DNA of 64,000 nt, taken from the NCBI GenBank assembly GCA_965237525.1, contig CBDEFO010000008.1, positions 416,001 to 480,000 of the forward strand, in the 5' to 3' direction. The notes under the pieces are model-generated. The model worked only from the letters and a program-made list of their open reading frames with translations, made no database searches and had not been told where the DNA came from. The translations under genes and the position numbers were made by a program. Of the stretch, positions 30,984 to 42,081 are shown in pieces (position 1 is the first letter of the stretch; every line of letters starts with the position of its first letter). This stretch comes from Candidatus Latescibacterota bacterium (GTDB lineage Bacteria; Latescibacterota; CBDEFO01).

Positions 30984-32462
30984 CTATTGTCCACTATCTA
31001 CTGTCCACTTACTTAATATTTCCCTTATAACCTCCCTGTCGTCAAAGTGCATCCTTTTTGTTCCTATTATCTGATAATTTTCGTGCCCTTTCCCCGCGAT
31101 AACCACTACATCCCCACTTTCTGCCTTTCTCAACACCTCCTCTATGGCTTCTCTCCTATCAGTTATGGTCTTATAAACGCCGTTCGGCCTCACCCCCGCA
31201 ATAACATCCCCAATTATGACCTCCGGATCCTCCGTCCTCGGGTTGTCAGATGTAATGTAAGTCACGTCGCATATCGTAGTAGAGATACGAGCCATCTGGG
31301 GACGCTTGCCCCTGTCCCTGTCTCCCCCACACCCGAACAGGGATATAAGCCTGCCCGATGTGATTTTCCTTGCAGCCTTGAGAACGTTTTCCAGAGCGTC
31401 AGGCGTATGCGCATAATCCACGATGACCGTGAAATCCTGACCGCAATCTACAGCTTCAAACCTTCCCGGAATACCCTCTATCGACTCCAAACCGGCTTTT
31501 ATCTGCCCCATATCGAGCTCTTCGGATATTCCAGCCCCTATAGCCGCAAGCGTATTCATCACGTTGAATCTGCTCCTCAACTTCATCCTGAGATCCACTG
31601 GTCCGATAGGAGTACAAACTCCAAGTTCGATGCCCCGAGAGTCCATCCTGACATTCTGCCCCCACACTTGTGTCTTCTTTGAGAGACCGTAAGTAATAGC
31701 CGGAACATCCATACGATCTAAAATCTTTTCTCCCATCGGATCGTCCATATTTATCACAGCCCTGCCCTCTTTATATCTCCCCAAGCTTTCAAACAGTGAG
31801 ACCTTAGCCTCGAAATAGTCCTCAAAGCTCTTGTGAAAATCCAGATGATCCCTGCTGAAATTCGTAAAGATCGCTGTGTCAAACCCCACACCTTCTGTTT
31901 TGCCTAAAGCCAGCCCGTGCGACGACACCTCCAACGAAACAGCCCTCTGTCCGCTTTCGACCATCTGTCCCAACATCCTTTGAAGATCCAAAGACTCAGG
32001 CGTGGTGGTCAACGCCCCCGTTACCCTATTACCAACGACGTAATTTACAGTCCCTATAAGCCCCGTTTTTAAGCCTCCAGCCTCCATTATAGACTTCACC
32101 AGCATTGACACAGTGGTCTTTCCGTTGGTGCCCGTGACGCCTATGACCCTCAATTTCTTCCACGGTTCGTTGTAGAACCTGCTTGAAATAGGAGATAACG
32201 CCCTTCGGGAGTCTTCGACCACAATTTTCGTAACGCCCCTTTGGATCTTTCTATCTTTCTGGATCACTAGAGCCACAGTCCCGGACGCTACCGCATCCTC
32301 AACAAAATCGTGACCGTCGAAGTTCTCCCCGCTAAAAGCCACAAACAGAGTGCCTTGAGAAATCTTTCTCCTCGTATCGTATTCAATTGCGGATATGTCC
32401 AGGCCAACGTCGCCCAATATCCGAGCCTGAGGCAGATGTCCAACGAGATCTTTAAGTCTCAT
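30984..32462 (-). CDS. murE: MurE ligase (meso-DAP type)
   Basis: GTNGKTT, EVSSH, DYAHTPD, DNPR, GKGHE. Confidence 0.97.
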   Translation of the reverse strand: MRLKDLVGHLPQARILGDVGLDISAIEYDTRRKISQGTLFVAFSGENFDGHDFVEDAVASGTVALVIQKDRKIQRGVTKIVVEDSRRALSPISSRFYNEPWKKLRVIGVTGTNGKTTVSMLVKSIMEAGGLKTGLIGTVNYVVGNRVTGALTTTPESLDLQRMLGQMVESGQRAVSLEVSSHGLALGKTEGVGFDTAIFTNFSRDHLDFHKSFEDYFEAKVSLFESLGRYKEGRAVINMDDPMGEKILDRMDVPAITYGLSKKTQVWGQNVRMDSRGIELGVCTPIGPVDLRMKLRSRFNVMNTLAAIGAGISEELDMGQIKAGLESIEGIPGRFEAVDCGQDFTVIVDYAHTPDALENVLKAARKITSGRLISLFGCGGDRDRGKRPQMARISTTICDVTYITSDNPRTEDPEVIIGDVIAGVRPNGVYKTITDRREAIEEVLRKAESGDVVVIAGKGHENYQIIGTKRMHFDDREVIREILSKWTVDSGQ

Positions 32463-32467
32463 CTTCT

Positions 32468-34240
32468 CTAATTATCGCCGTAAACTGTCAGCACCGACAG
32501 TCTACTATCCTCCTCAACTCCCCCATCAGCCACAGGATTTATGGAAGGCACCCTCCGTACTATTTCAACAGGCGGATTACTCGAATTTAGGATCTGTTCC
32601 ACAATCCTTTTGAACGCCGGAGCCCCCACCTCTCCACCCCAGTGCGCCCCTTCAGGTCTGTCAACTACCACGATACAAACAAGTTCGGGATCAGCAGCAG
32701 GCAAGAACCCTACGAACGAAGCTATGAACTCACCCTTAGCATAACCCCGTCTGTGTTCGGAAGCCCTTTGAGCTGTCCCGGTCTTTCCAGCAATATCTAC
32801 TCCTTCAATCTGAGCCTTGATTCCCGTTCCTCTTAAGACACACTCTCGTAATAGATCTGTCAACGTTTGAGCCTTGTCTTGGGACATAATCGTTCTTATA
32901 GCTTGAGGCTTAGTCTTTTTTATAACTTTTTTGTCCCCGTCCACCACCGACTTTAGAACGAATGGCCTCATAAGTACTCCCCCGTTTGCGACGGCAGAAT
33001 AGGCCGTAGCCATCTGAAGGACTGTCACCGATACCTCCTGACCTATTGTCACAGACGCCAACGACCTTCCGGACCATTCGGACGGACTCCTTAAAACGCC
33101 TCCTGCCTCTCCAGGCAGATCGATCCCTGTTCTATTCCCGAACCCGAAAATCACTCCATATTTGTAGAGCCATTCGTCTCCTAACCGCTGGGCCACCTTG
33201 ATCATCCCTATATTGCTGGAATTGCCTATTACCTCCCTGAAGCTTAACCACCCATACTTGTGAGAATCGCGCACAGGGCCTCCTGGTACGGACATTTGCC
33301 CGTTCTCACAGAAAATCATTTCCTCAGGCCCTGTTACTCCTCTTTCCAAAGCCGCCGCGGCGGCGACTATTTTAAACGTTGAGCCGGGTTCATAAAGATC
33401 TGTAATAGCCCGATTCCTTGCAAACTCCAAACTTGGACTGTTCGGGTTGTACAAGGGCACATTAGCCATAGCTAAGATTTCTCCTGTCTTGGGAGCCATA
33501 ATGACCACCGTTCCGCTCTTAGCGTTGTACTTCTCCACGGTCCTTTGCAGTTCATCCTCTGCTATTGCCTGATAGATTGCATCGATAGTCAACACTACAT
33601 CTTTCCCGTTCTGAGGACGCTCTGTAATCTCCATCGTATAAGGTAGCGTTTGACCATGACCGTCTATTTGAAAGACCATCCATCCCGGCGTCCCTCCAAG
33701 GTAATCGTCATACATTAGCTCTGCGGCCTCTATTCCATTACTATCAATATCAGTATGTCCTATGAGATGTCCTGCTAAAGTCCCCCGTGGATAGACCCGC
33801 TTCATCTCCTTAAACTTATATAGACCAGCAACATTCTCCAACCCCATCCCATCTGTGGACATCTTGTCAATTTTTCTCTTCAGCCAAACGAAAGTCTGCT
33901 CCGTCGACAGCCGATTCAAAAAACTCGACGGTTCATCCCCTGTGACGCGACAGATGCTGTAAGCTATTTTCCTTTTTTCCTCATCTTCAACCCTTGACGG
34001 ATCGGCGGCCAGAGAATAAGAACTCAGATTTGCCGTAAGCTGGACGCCCTTTCGATCCAGAATATGACCTCGCAAACCATTGATCGAAATTCTCCTTTCG
34101 TGCTGTTGTCTTGCACGCTGTGTATAGTAATCACTCTTCCACACCTGTATGTAAAAGAGTCTGCCAGCCAACGCCAGCCAGAAAATCCCTCCCAAAAGGA
34201 GGATAAGCTTCAGCCTGATGTGGTATAACCTGTATTTCAT
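32468..34240 (-). CDS. ftsI: Class B PBP FtsI (PBP3)
   Basis: RGHILDR, EPGSTFK, SSN, KTGTAQ. Confidence 0.95.
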   Translation of the reverse strand: MKYRLYHIRLKLILLLGGIFWLALAGRLFYIQVWKSDYYTQRARQQHERRISINGLRGHILDRKGVQLTANLSSYSLAADPSRVEDEEKRKIAYSICRVTGDEPSSFLNRLSTEQTFVWLKRKIDKMSTDGMGLENVAGLYKFKEMKRVYPRGTLAGHLIGHTDIDSNGIEAAELMYDDYLGGTPGWMVFQIDGHGQTLPYTMEITERPQNGKDVVLTIDAIYQAIAEDELQRTVEKYNAKSGTVVIMAPKTGEILAMANVPLYNPNSPSLEFARNRAITDLYEPGSTFKIVAAAAALERGVTGPEEMIFCENGQMSVPGGPVRDSHKYGWLSFREVIGNSSNIGMIKVAQRLGDEWLYKYGVIFGFGNRTGIDLPGEAGGVLRSPSEWSGRSLASVTIGQEVSVTVLQMATAYSAVANGGVLMRPFVLKSVVDGDKKVIKKTKPQAIRTIMSQDKAQTLTDLLRECVLRGTGIKAQIEGVDIAGKTGTAQRASEHRRGYAKGEFIASFVGFLPAADPELVCIVVVDRPEGAHWGGEVGAPAFKRIVEQILNSSNPPVEIVRRVPSINPVADGGVEEDSRLSVLTVYGDN

Positions 34241-34241
34241 G

Positions 34242-34335
34242 GAATTTAACGCGGGAGACTCCCATTAGACAGCGTAAAGTGGACGGGGCAGCGCGGATGT
34301 GCGCCCTGTCTACCATCTACTACGAGTTGGGGCGC
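34242..34335. repeat. GT(A/G)GAC element with ftsZ/ftsI-shared leader
   Basis: gaatttaacgcgggagactccca-ttagacag...agtggacgggg...ccctgtctac. Confidence 0.7.
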
Positions 34336-34422
34336 AGCCTTCAGCCGCTAACATGGCACCCCTTTGGTGAGCGCTGTCTGAGAAGCTCCACGACTCATTG
34401 GGGATAGTCGCCACATTTGCTT

Positions 34423-34743
34423 CTATCTATCCTTCACAAAGATTTCCACCGGCGTTCCCTGGGGCAAAATCATATCCAGTTTTTCTCTGGCTATCTTCAC
34501 AATTCTTCTGATGTCTGTACGCTCTACAAATTCCGCTCTTCGATAACTATTTCTATCCTCTACTCTCGCCTTTTCCGACTTCAACTCCTTAATCTGCTGG
34601 GACAGCTCTGAGACCGACGACATCTGCCAAATATGACCTACCATTCCTCCTACAAGTACGATCAAGAAGAATAGATTTCTTGTGTACCTATAGCTACGAC
34701 GATGTCTTCTTCCTATACGGGTCATTCCACCTATCTCCGCCAC
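34423..34743 (-). CDS. ftsL: FtsL-like division protein
   Basis: One TM, coiled coil, RIVKIAREKLDM; located between rsmH and ftsI. Confidence 0.8.
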   Translation of the reverse strand: MAEIGGMTRIGRRHRRSYRYTRNLFFLIVLVGGMVGHIWQMSSVSELSQQIKELKSEKARVEDRNSYRRAEFVERTDIRRIVKIAREKLDMILPQGTPVEIFVKDR

Positions 34744-35015
34744 TGGTACAATATCAGTGCGCCTGACCTTACTTCATGACTATAATTCACCGAAGTGCCT
34801 CGGTAAAGTCCAATAACCTTGTTAACTTAATTCGGCAAATCTTTAAAAGCTCCCTAAAAAACGTAAAAAGCACGAAACCATTTGCAAAAAAGTTCGTAAT
34901 CTCTTGGGAGAACTATGGGTTTTGAGATGACGACCCAACTCCTTTTGTCTGAATTAGCTTCACGCTGATACTAGATCAAGCTTAATCTTTATTTCTCAAC
35001 ATATAGGATAGAGAT

Positions 35016-35966
35016 TCAGCTGTCTATCTTTAATTTCTCAGCTGCTCTTAGCCTTGCGCTTTTTGCTCTCGGATTTTTCTCCACTTCAAGGGCCGAAGGG
35101 AAAATAGCCTTTCGATCAACAAGCTTAAGTGTCCTCTTTCGCCCACAGGCGCAGATCGGAACGCCCGGCGGACATACACAACCCTGAACGTACTCCTTGA
35201 ACAGTGATTTAGCTATTCTATCCTCCAGAGAGTGATACGAAATCACTACTATCCTGCGTTTCGTCTTAAGCAGATCTATGGCAGTTCTCAGAGAACTCTC
35301 CAGATTCGCAAGCTCCTGATTAATCTCTATCCTTATAGCTTGGAATACCCTCGCAAGCGTCTTATGAACATGCCTTGGGGTCGGCAAAACAGATCTTACA
35401 ATTTCCCTCAGATCAGGCGTACTTTCTATGCGCTTCAACTTCCTTTCTTTACACACCATCTGAGCAATCTTGCCCGCGTATCTCTCCTGGCCGTACTCCC
35501 TGAATATGCGAACTAAATCCTCCAAACGAAAGGAGTTTAAGACATCTTCAGCCGTTAGCCCGATATTAGGGCTCATCCTCATATTCAAAGGACCGTCACC
35601 TCGATAACTAAATCCCCTTTCCCTAGTATCTATCTGATGTGACGAGACTCCTAAGTCGAACAGAATGCCATCGATCGCATCAATTCTGTTCGACTTGAGA
35701 ACTTTAGATAGATTCCAGAACTCAGTCTGGAAAAGGACAACCCTATTTTCAAACCTTTCAAGCTTTAACCTGGAAGCTGCAATAGCCTCCGGGTCCCGAT
35801 CTATTCCGATTAGACGCCCCCTTGATAACCCGGACAAGATGGACTCAGCGTGCCCTCCTCCTCCGACCGTAGCGTCAACGTAGATTCCATTTGCGTCGGT
35901 TACTATTCTCTCTACGACCTCTCTGGGCATCACAGGAACATGGAAACCTTCCGAATCCCGGGACAT
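35016..35966 (-). CDS. rsmH: 16S rRNA m4C1402 methyltransferase
   Basis: HVPVM, DATVGGGGH, DLGVSS, FQAIRIEIN, SYHSLEDR. Confidence 0.97.
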   Translation of the reverse strand: MSRDSEGFHVPVMPREVVERIVTDANGIYVDATVGGGGHAESILSGLSRGRLIGIDRDPEAIAASRLKLERFENRVVLFQTEFWNLSKVLKSNRIDAIDGILFDLGVSSHQIDTRERGFSYRGDGPLNMRMSPNIGLTAEDVLNSFRLEDLVRIFREYGQERYAGKIAQMVCKERKLKRIESTPDLREIVRSVLPTPRHVHKTLARVFQAIRIEINQELANLESSLRTAIDLLKTKRRIVVISYHSLEDRIAKSLFKEYVQGCVCPPGVPICACGRKRTLKLVDRKAIFPSALEVEKNPRAKSARLRAAEKLKIDS

Positions 35967-35968
35967 AA

Positions 35969-36439
35969 CTAATCTGAGTTTGCCCCTCCCTTATTTTTAA
36001 AATCTAACTGTTCCGCTACCTCCTCCAAAGTCTTGTCAGCATCCTTCATGTAGTCTTCAAATTTCTCGGGGTCCCACAACTCTATCCAGTCTAAAGCCCC
36101 AATCACCGTTACGCTACCATCAATGCCCACCTTATCTAAAAGCGTCTTTGGTACAGTTATCCGCCCGTGACTGTCTATCTTGGCCTCAGACGCACGAGAA
36201 ACCACAGTCCTTATATACTGCCTCGCCTTCTTCTCATTTGTGGACAACCGTCTTATTTCATCCGCAAACTTGTTCCACTCGTCTAAAGGCCTCACCGCAA
36301 GACATCCATCATAGCCCATAGATACCACAAAGGTCTCTCTAGCCTCAGGAGAAAGAGTTCTGCGAAAAGACGAGGGTATATTGATCCTCCCCTTCGGATC
36401 CACATTGACCCTTTCATATTCTCCCATGAAGTGCGGCAT
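35969..36439 (-). CDS. mraZ: MraZ transcriptional regulator
   Basis: Two DxxGR motifs, IELWD. Confidence 0.96.
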   Translation of the reverse strand: MPHFMGEYERVNVDPKGRINIPSSFRRTLSPEARETFVVSMGYDGCLAVRPLDEWNKFADEIRRLSTNEKKARQYIRTVVSRASEAKIDSHGRITVPKTLLDKVGIDGSVTVIGALDWIELWDPEKFEDYMKDADKTLEEVAEQLDFKNKGGANSD

Positions 36440-36466
36440 TGCAAGCCCTATCCTCTATACAAAACA

Positions 36467-36541
36467 CCCTCTATTATCCCTTTCAGCCCACTTTATCCCA
36501 CTCCGACCCGCTATAATATAGAAAATTACGTCTAAACGCAA
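36467..36541 (-). promoter_or_regulatory. dcw sigma70 promoter with MraZ operator repeats
   Basis: TTGCGT-N17-TATTAT followed by GCGGG/GTGGG/GTGGG at 10-bp periodicity. Confidence 0.8.
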
Positions 36542-36786
36542 GAGAAATTTTTAGCGACCATAAAAAAAATCAGGGGCTTGCTGAACTTTTGGATAGCTGT
36601 AATGCACAAAAACGTGGAATTCGAGATTCTAGGGAGGGATTAAGCTAGTGTTTTACCAACTAACAGATGAAGAACGTGCCAGTTTGTTAAACTGATTCGA
36701 GGCGGCAAGCCATCGGCTCACAGATGATGGGTAGCAGGCGATGTACAGCATAGAGGCCAACATCCTTGCCTTCAATGCTGCGCTGG

Positions 36787-37525
36787 TCACTTACGAGCCA
36801 TAGTTATGAATCTAAGGCTCGTCTCTTTATTGTATGAATCGAAATTGTAAGTGCCATAGAAGTCCACTGCCCTGAAGCCAGCCGGTTTTGGCAGCTTTTC
36901 ATGATCATCTCTCAGAAGAATATGCACGTCGGTAGTCCAGACCTTTAGACCATTGTCCTCCTGGCTATGAAAGATATCCAAAACGTTGTACCGACAGCAT
37001 CTTTCGGCGACGCAGTCGATTACATAGAGCCGCGAACCGTCCTCAGTACCGCTATTACGAATGAACCGCTTTTCTCGTTCCATGCTTGTCCGTCATTCCT
37101 TGGTCCAGGACCAGTATTCCGTCTTTAGCTAATACAGTGCGCATACTGTGAAAGGCCCGTGATGTTTCATCATCGTTAGGTAGGTGAAATATCGCGGCAG
37201 ACCAGCATACAACGGCGACGAATCGCTCACTGAAAAGCTGTGGCAGTTCGCGGTAGTCCACTTTGTGAAGCGGCACACTTATACCGCCTTTATCTGGGTT
37301 TCTCTGTGCTTCTGTGAGCATAGATTCTGAGAGGTCGGAGTCAACGACATCACGGCCCAGGGAATGAAACAAGAGAAGCTTGCGTCCCGTTCCGCAGGCA
37401 CAGTCCAGAACCTTATGAACATGATTGTCAAAAAAGAGCCTTCGGAAAAACTCAACTATCTCTGGATCACTTTCGTAGAATAGTTCATTCCGGTCGGCGA
37501 TGTCCTCGTAGGGGTCATAGCTCAT
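36787..37525 (-). pseudogene. Class I SAM methyltransferase, frameshifted
   Basis: VLDCACGTG; frameshift near 37080; AGF...YG tail in the second frame. Confidence 0.8.
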
Positions 37526-37583
37526 GGCTTGTGCCTCCCAAACATGTGCAGGGTCTTTCCCAGCATATCACGCTAGCCCTTTT

Positions 37584-38626
37584 TTATCCCCTCACTCCAT
37601 ATTTCTGGATAGCATCCATATCGAGCTTTACTCCAAGTCCTGGTCCATCCGGTACGGCTACCGTCCCATCGACGACGGGAACATCCTCGATCACACAGTC
37701 GTCCTCCTTCGCCCAGAGTCCCACGATGTCGTGAGGCTGTGTCATTCCAGGACCAGCCGCGCAGAGGTGCAGAGCCGTGGCAAGTGCCACATCTAATCCT
37801 GATGATTGAGTCCAGACTCTGATCCCAAGCACCGCCGATGATCACATAGTCGACAGCCTCAGACGACCACATCTGTAAAGCCCTTTGGACATAGCCATGC
37901 TCTGCAACAGGGATAGATATTCGATGCCTGAGCCTTTTCCACTGCGACCAAGAGCTTCTGTGTGCCGCCGTAGCAACGGGACTTTCAAGGCAGCCTATCT
38001 TCTGACCTTCAAGACGCTTGGGAAGCTCCTCTGCCGCCCAGAACTCAACGAGCCTTCGGCGCATATCGGGACGCACTGCCATATCCGGCACCCCTTTATG
38101 GATAGCCTCCACACGGTCGGCGACGTAATCTATGTGATCCCCCAGGTGGGGAGTATTCGACTCAACTATTAAAGCTCATCTTATAGGTCCAGAAGCCATG
38201 CTCCCATCCCAGACCGCATCTGTAGTGGTGTTTTCAACAGTCTTGTACCCAGTGCAAAGCGTTACAGGGATTCGATCTTTAAGGGCACCCCCCAACAACT
38301 CTGAGATCGGACACCCCAACACCTTGCCCCTTATGTCCAGTATTGCGGACTTGAAGGCTTTCCTGATCACAGGCGGCGTGTCCAGGAGTGCAAGATTAAC
38401 CCTCATGGGATCCCGTCCGGGCCATTTGGCCACCTATGACTCACCCTTTTGGGGGACCGCAGCAAAGTCCTACCACCCCGACTCCATCTACCCTCTCATC
38501 CGTCCGGATCAGGATGAACGCCATAAGGTCTTTTCGATGCGACGGCATCCCGAAGGCCTCGTCCGGACAACCCCACGGCCTGTCAGGAATGTCAACAGCA
38601 TGGAGATCCAAAGATGTAATCTTCAT
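37584..38626 (-). pseudogene. Mandelate racemase/muconate cycloisomerase family, heavily fragmented
   Basis: DIRGKVLGCPISELLGG, LESPV and VPDGPGLGV in four or more fragments. Confidence 0.8.
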
Positions 38627-38641
38627 GAAAACCTCCTAAAA

Positions 38642-38673
38642 AAACAGCTGGATAATTGCTCATCCAGCTGTTT
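38642..38673 (-). terminator. Terminator downstream of the tRNAs
   Basis: AAACAGCTGGAT...ATCCAGCTGTTT with a U-tract on the minus strand. Confidence 0.7.
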
Positions 38674-38699
38674 CGAAAATCGACAATCTTTTAAGTCTT

Positions 38700-38774
38700 T
38701 GGAGGCGGCACCCAGATTCGAACTGGGGAATAAGGGTTTTGCAGACCCTCGCCTTACCGCTTGGCTATGCCGCC
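38700..38774 (-). tRNA. tRNA-Cys(GCA)
   Basis: GGCGGCATAGCCAAGCGGTAAGGC...CTGCAAA...GTTCGAATC...CCA cloverleaf. Confidence 0.97.
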
Positions 38775-38814
38775 TGTTGAACTCCTCGTCCCAACAGGTA
38801 AATTCCTAAACAAA

Positions 38815-38889
38815 TGGAGCGGGAAACGGGATTCGAACCCGCGACAACTACCTTGGCAAGGTAGGGCTCTACCACTGAGCTATTCCCGC
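38815..38889 (-). tRNA. tRNA-Gly(GCC)
   Basis: GCGGGAATAGCTCAGTGGTAGAGC...TTGCCAA...GTTCGAATC...CCA; TTGACA-N17-TAACTT promoter at 38900-38928. Confidence 0.97.
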
Positions 38890-38951
38890 CTCTGAAATGA
38901 AGTTAAAAGCGTTTTCCGTATATGTCAAGACTTTTTTCTGAAACGATCCAA

Positions 38952-39467
38952 TCAAACGTTCAGAATATCATAGTCACATCTTCTAAACTCACACACAAAG
39001 GCTAAATCGTCCACTAATCTCTCTAAAACCTCCTTCGTTAAAATGTAACTCACCCGCTTCCGTGATTTTCGCTCCTTTATATAGTTGTACCTCACCGCGC
39101 TGATTGAAGGATCGTCTCTAAGCGTCATCTCATAATAGAAGATGTGATCTTTATCCTCCCTGGGAGGGTAACTCCTCAAAAGAGCAAAACCCTTATCTTT
39201 ATTAACCTCTACCAATCTGATATCCTCCAGAAGGTAATTCACCTTTTGAGATAGCTCGGAAGCCCTCGACTCCAAGTTCCCCTCAATCCGATCATCTTTT
39301 CTCCCCTTCACCTTTAACTCCAAAACCGAACATCCCAGACGATCCAGATCACTCAACTCAAGTTTCGCTTTGCTCCCCTCATGCTCAGCCGCAACTACAA
39401 GCGGCAGGTTTGTTTCTGTAACCGTCAGATTATCTAATACTCGTACAAGCTTTCGTCCCACACCCAT
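38952..39467 (-). CDS. Hypothetical protein, last gene of the prkA-yhbH-spoVR operon
   Basis: Intact ORF tightly coupled to spoVR; YLLE, LRSYPP, YYE and LERLVDDL motifs. Confidence 0.7.
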   Translation of the reverse strand: MGVGRKLVRVLDNLTVTETNLPLVVAAEHEGSKAKLELSDLDRLGCSVLELKVKGRKDDRIEGNLESRASELSQKVNYLLEDIRLVEVNKDKGFALLRSYPPREDKDHIFYYEMTLRDDPSISAVRYNYIKERKSRKRVSYILTKEVLERLVDDLAFVCEFRRCDYDILNV

Positions 39468-39469
39468 TT

Positions 39470-40971
39470 TTAAGCACCTCCTAACTCCCTGGCGGTGTGA
39501 TCTTTTCCGTCGTAGGTAAGCAGAATGGGTCTATTGCTTACCACAGTCTGTAAATGAACTGGACGTCCCCAGATGGTCTGAATGTGCTTCAACGTATCCT
39601 TTGCATAATCTATCCTCAGATCTATTGCCTCGTGCCGGTGTCTCAAATACAACTCTCCCCTGTTCCTGTAATTCCCGTCCTCGATTAAAACAAATGGCCT
39701 TCCAAAATTGGTAAGACTGAACAAAAGCTTCTCCTTTATCTTCTTGAAATCCCTGCTTGCAATCTCATAATTTCCCGTATTTTTCAGTATACTTATAGGT
39801 AAATAGCTTGTGTTACCGGCAGAAATCGTCGGTCAAAAATGTATCTATGAATGTCACATCGTTGTAAATCTTCCTCACCTCAAAGATCTTTTCTCTACCA
39901 AGACCTAACTTTCTATCCCAATTTCTCCTTTCCTCCAGACTTTCGCACTCTTCGTACCCTTTCCCGAACTTCCCCTGGTCCCACCTTGTTTCAATGTCCC
40001 TGAAAAGCTCCACTCCGATCTTATAAGGATTCACCCTACCTGGTCTTGTGCCCAATGTCCCGGAATGGTGGTCCGCGTAATCTATGATCTCCGAATCTTT
40101 TGCTACTTTCCCTGTCATGATCTTCGAGTGCCAGTATGTAGACCATCCTTCATTCATTATTTTTGTCTGCCCCTGAGGCGCAAAATAATAGGCCTCTTCC
40201 CTGACAATAGACAGAATATCCTGCTTCCAACTATCCATAGGGGCATTTTCGATCAAAAACAAAAGCACGTCTTTTTCCGACTTCTCAGGAAGCCTCTTTT
40301 CCTGGTTCTTTTCCTCCTCCATCTTTATTTTTTGTTCCGCCAAAAACTCTTTGGGATTTATGAAGTTGTCCATATAATCCTTGCTTTTGAACTTCCCTAC
40401 AGTCCTCTCCTCATCCTCCTCGTCAAAATCGTATTTGGACTTCCCATCGCTCCTTTTAACAAACGGTCTGTGATAGTCAATAAGATCCTCAACCGACAGG
40501 CACACATCGATAAAATTCTCAACTTCTTCCTCTCCGTACTTATCCATATATTTTCGTATCTTTGCCCCGTGATTTGCTATCTCATCCATCATCTTCCTGT
40601 TCGTCTTGGAGAACCAGAAGTTATTCTTGAAGAAATCGCTGTGGGCGCAGACGTGCACCATAACTAACTTTTGATCCACAATAGCTGTTGCACTTTAAAA
40701 GATATGCATAACAAGGATCGTTATTGATCACCATCTCATATATTTTCTGCAGTCCGTAGGAATATCCCTTGTCTATATGTTCATACTCCATCCCGAACCG
40801 CCAGTGGGCATACCTGGTTGGAAACCCGCCGTAGCTTGCGATCTCGTGCATCTGGTCGTAATCTAGGACCTCAAAGATTACATCGAAAAAATCGAGTCCA
40901 AAATCTCGCGCATACTCTTGGATCTCATATTTCAAAAACTTCAGTTCTGTGGGGAATTTCTTGAGAATCAT
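39470..40971 (-). pseudogene. spoVR: SpoVR family protein, two frameshifts
   Basis: [32 protein letters not shown] and NPYKIG across three frames. Confidence 0.88.
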
Positions 40972-40979
40972 CCTGTTTT

Positions 40980-42081
40980 CTATTTCCCCTTACCCAAAAA
41001 TTCTTTTATGGAATCGTAGATCGCATCCTTACTGCTGATCTCAGAAGTTATAACTTTGTCATCATCCCCGAACTGTTTTGCGAGCTCCATTACAAACTGT
41101 CCGCTCCCGTAAGGACTTTCCACCTGACCATAGCAGAACATATTGCACTTGGGAATAAGTTCGTCCTCTAATACCTTCAAACACCTGTCGTTATCCTCAC
41201 CCCACTTGTCCCCATCCGAAAAGTGAAAAGGATATATATTCCATTCGGCCGGATTATAATTCTGCTCAATAATCTTATTGCACAGCGCATAAGCCGAAGA
41301 GATCATCGTCCCGCCGCTTTCCCTCGTATAGTAGAAAGTGTCCCTATTCACCTCCCTTGCAGCGGCGTCATGCACGATGTACCTCATCTCTATACCATCG
41401 TACTGCGATCTTAGCCACGAATCTATCCAGAACGACTCGATTCGGACAATCTCCTTTTGCTCGTCAAACATCGAGCCCGAAACATCCATCATATAGATTA
41501 TCACAGCGTTCCTCTCAGGACTATCAATCATCTTCCACGATCTGTACCTTTTATCGTCCTTGATCGCAATAACTATAGGATTTTTCAACATCATAAAGAC
41601 CCGATGTTATCTGCCTTTTTAAGGCTTCCTTGTACGTCCGCTTAAAGTGCCTCAGCGACTCAGGACCAGTCTGCCTTATATCGGTATATTTATACTTCTC
41701 ATCTACAATACTCTTCTTCCCTTTCGGCTCTATGTTCGGTAGCTTCAACTCCTCCCCCAGGATCATGGCCATCTCCTCAATAGATACGTCCACCTCTAAA
41801 ATATGATCGCCCGGCAGATTTCCCGCGCCTGGCCCCGCATCACCCGGCTCGTGTCCTATAGGGGTCCCAATATCCCCTTCTCCCTGTCCGACACCGCCCG
41901 TCTTATTCTCCTCATACTTGAAATGTGGAATCACAATCTGAGGGATAGGGATGCTGACTATGTCTTTTCCTTTTTTTCCTATCAATTCCCCGTTTGTTAT
42001 ATACTTTTTCAGGTTCTCTTTGATCGTTCCTCTGACTATCTTTCTGAACCTGCTTTTGTCCCTTTCTATCTTTCTAACCAC
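40980..42081 (-). pseudogene. yhbH: YhbH/YeaH (DUF444), one frameshift
   Basis: GVGQGEG and LPNIEPKG, then [19 protein letters not shown] in a second frame; shift near 41590. Confidence 0.88.

Noticed and set aside
36600..38700. tRNA-anchored integrative element
   Set aside because: Decayed cargo lies next to tRNA-Cys, but I found no duplicated tRNA 3' end and no integrase
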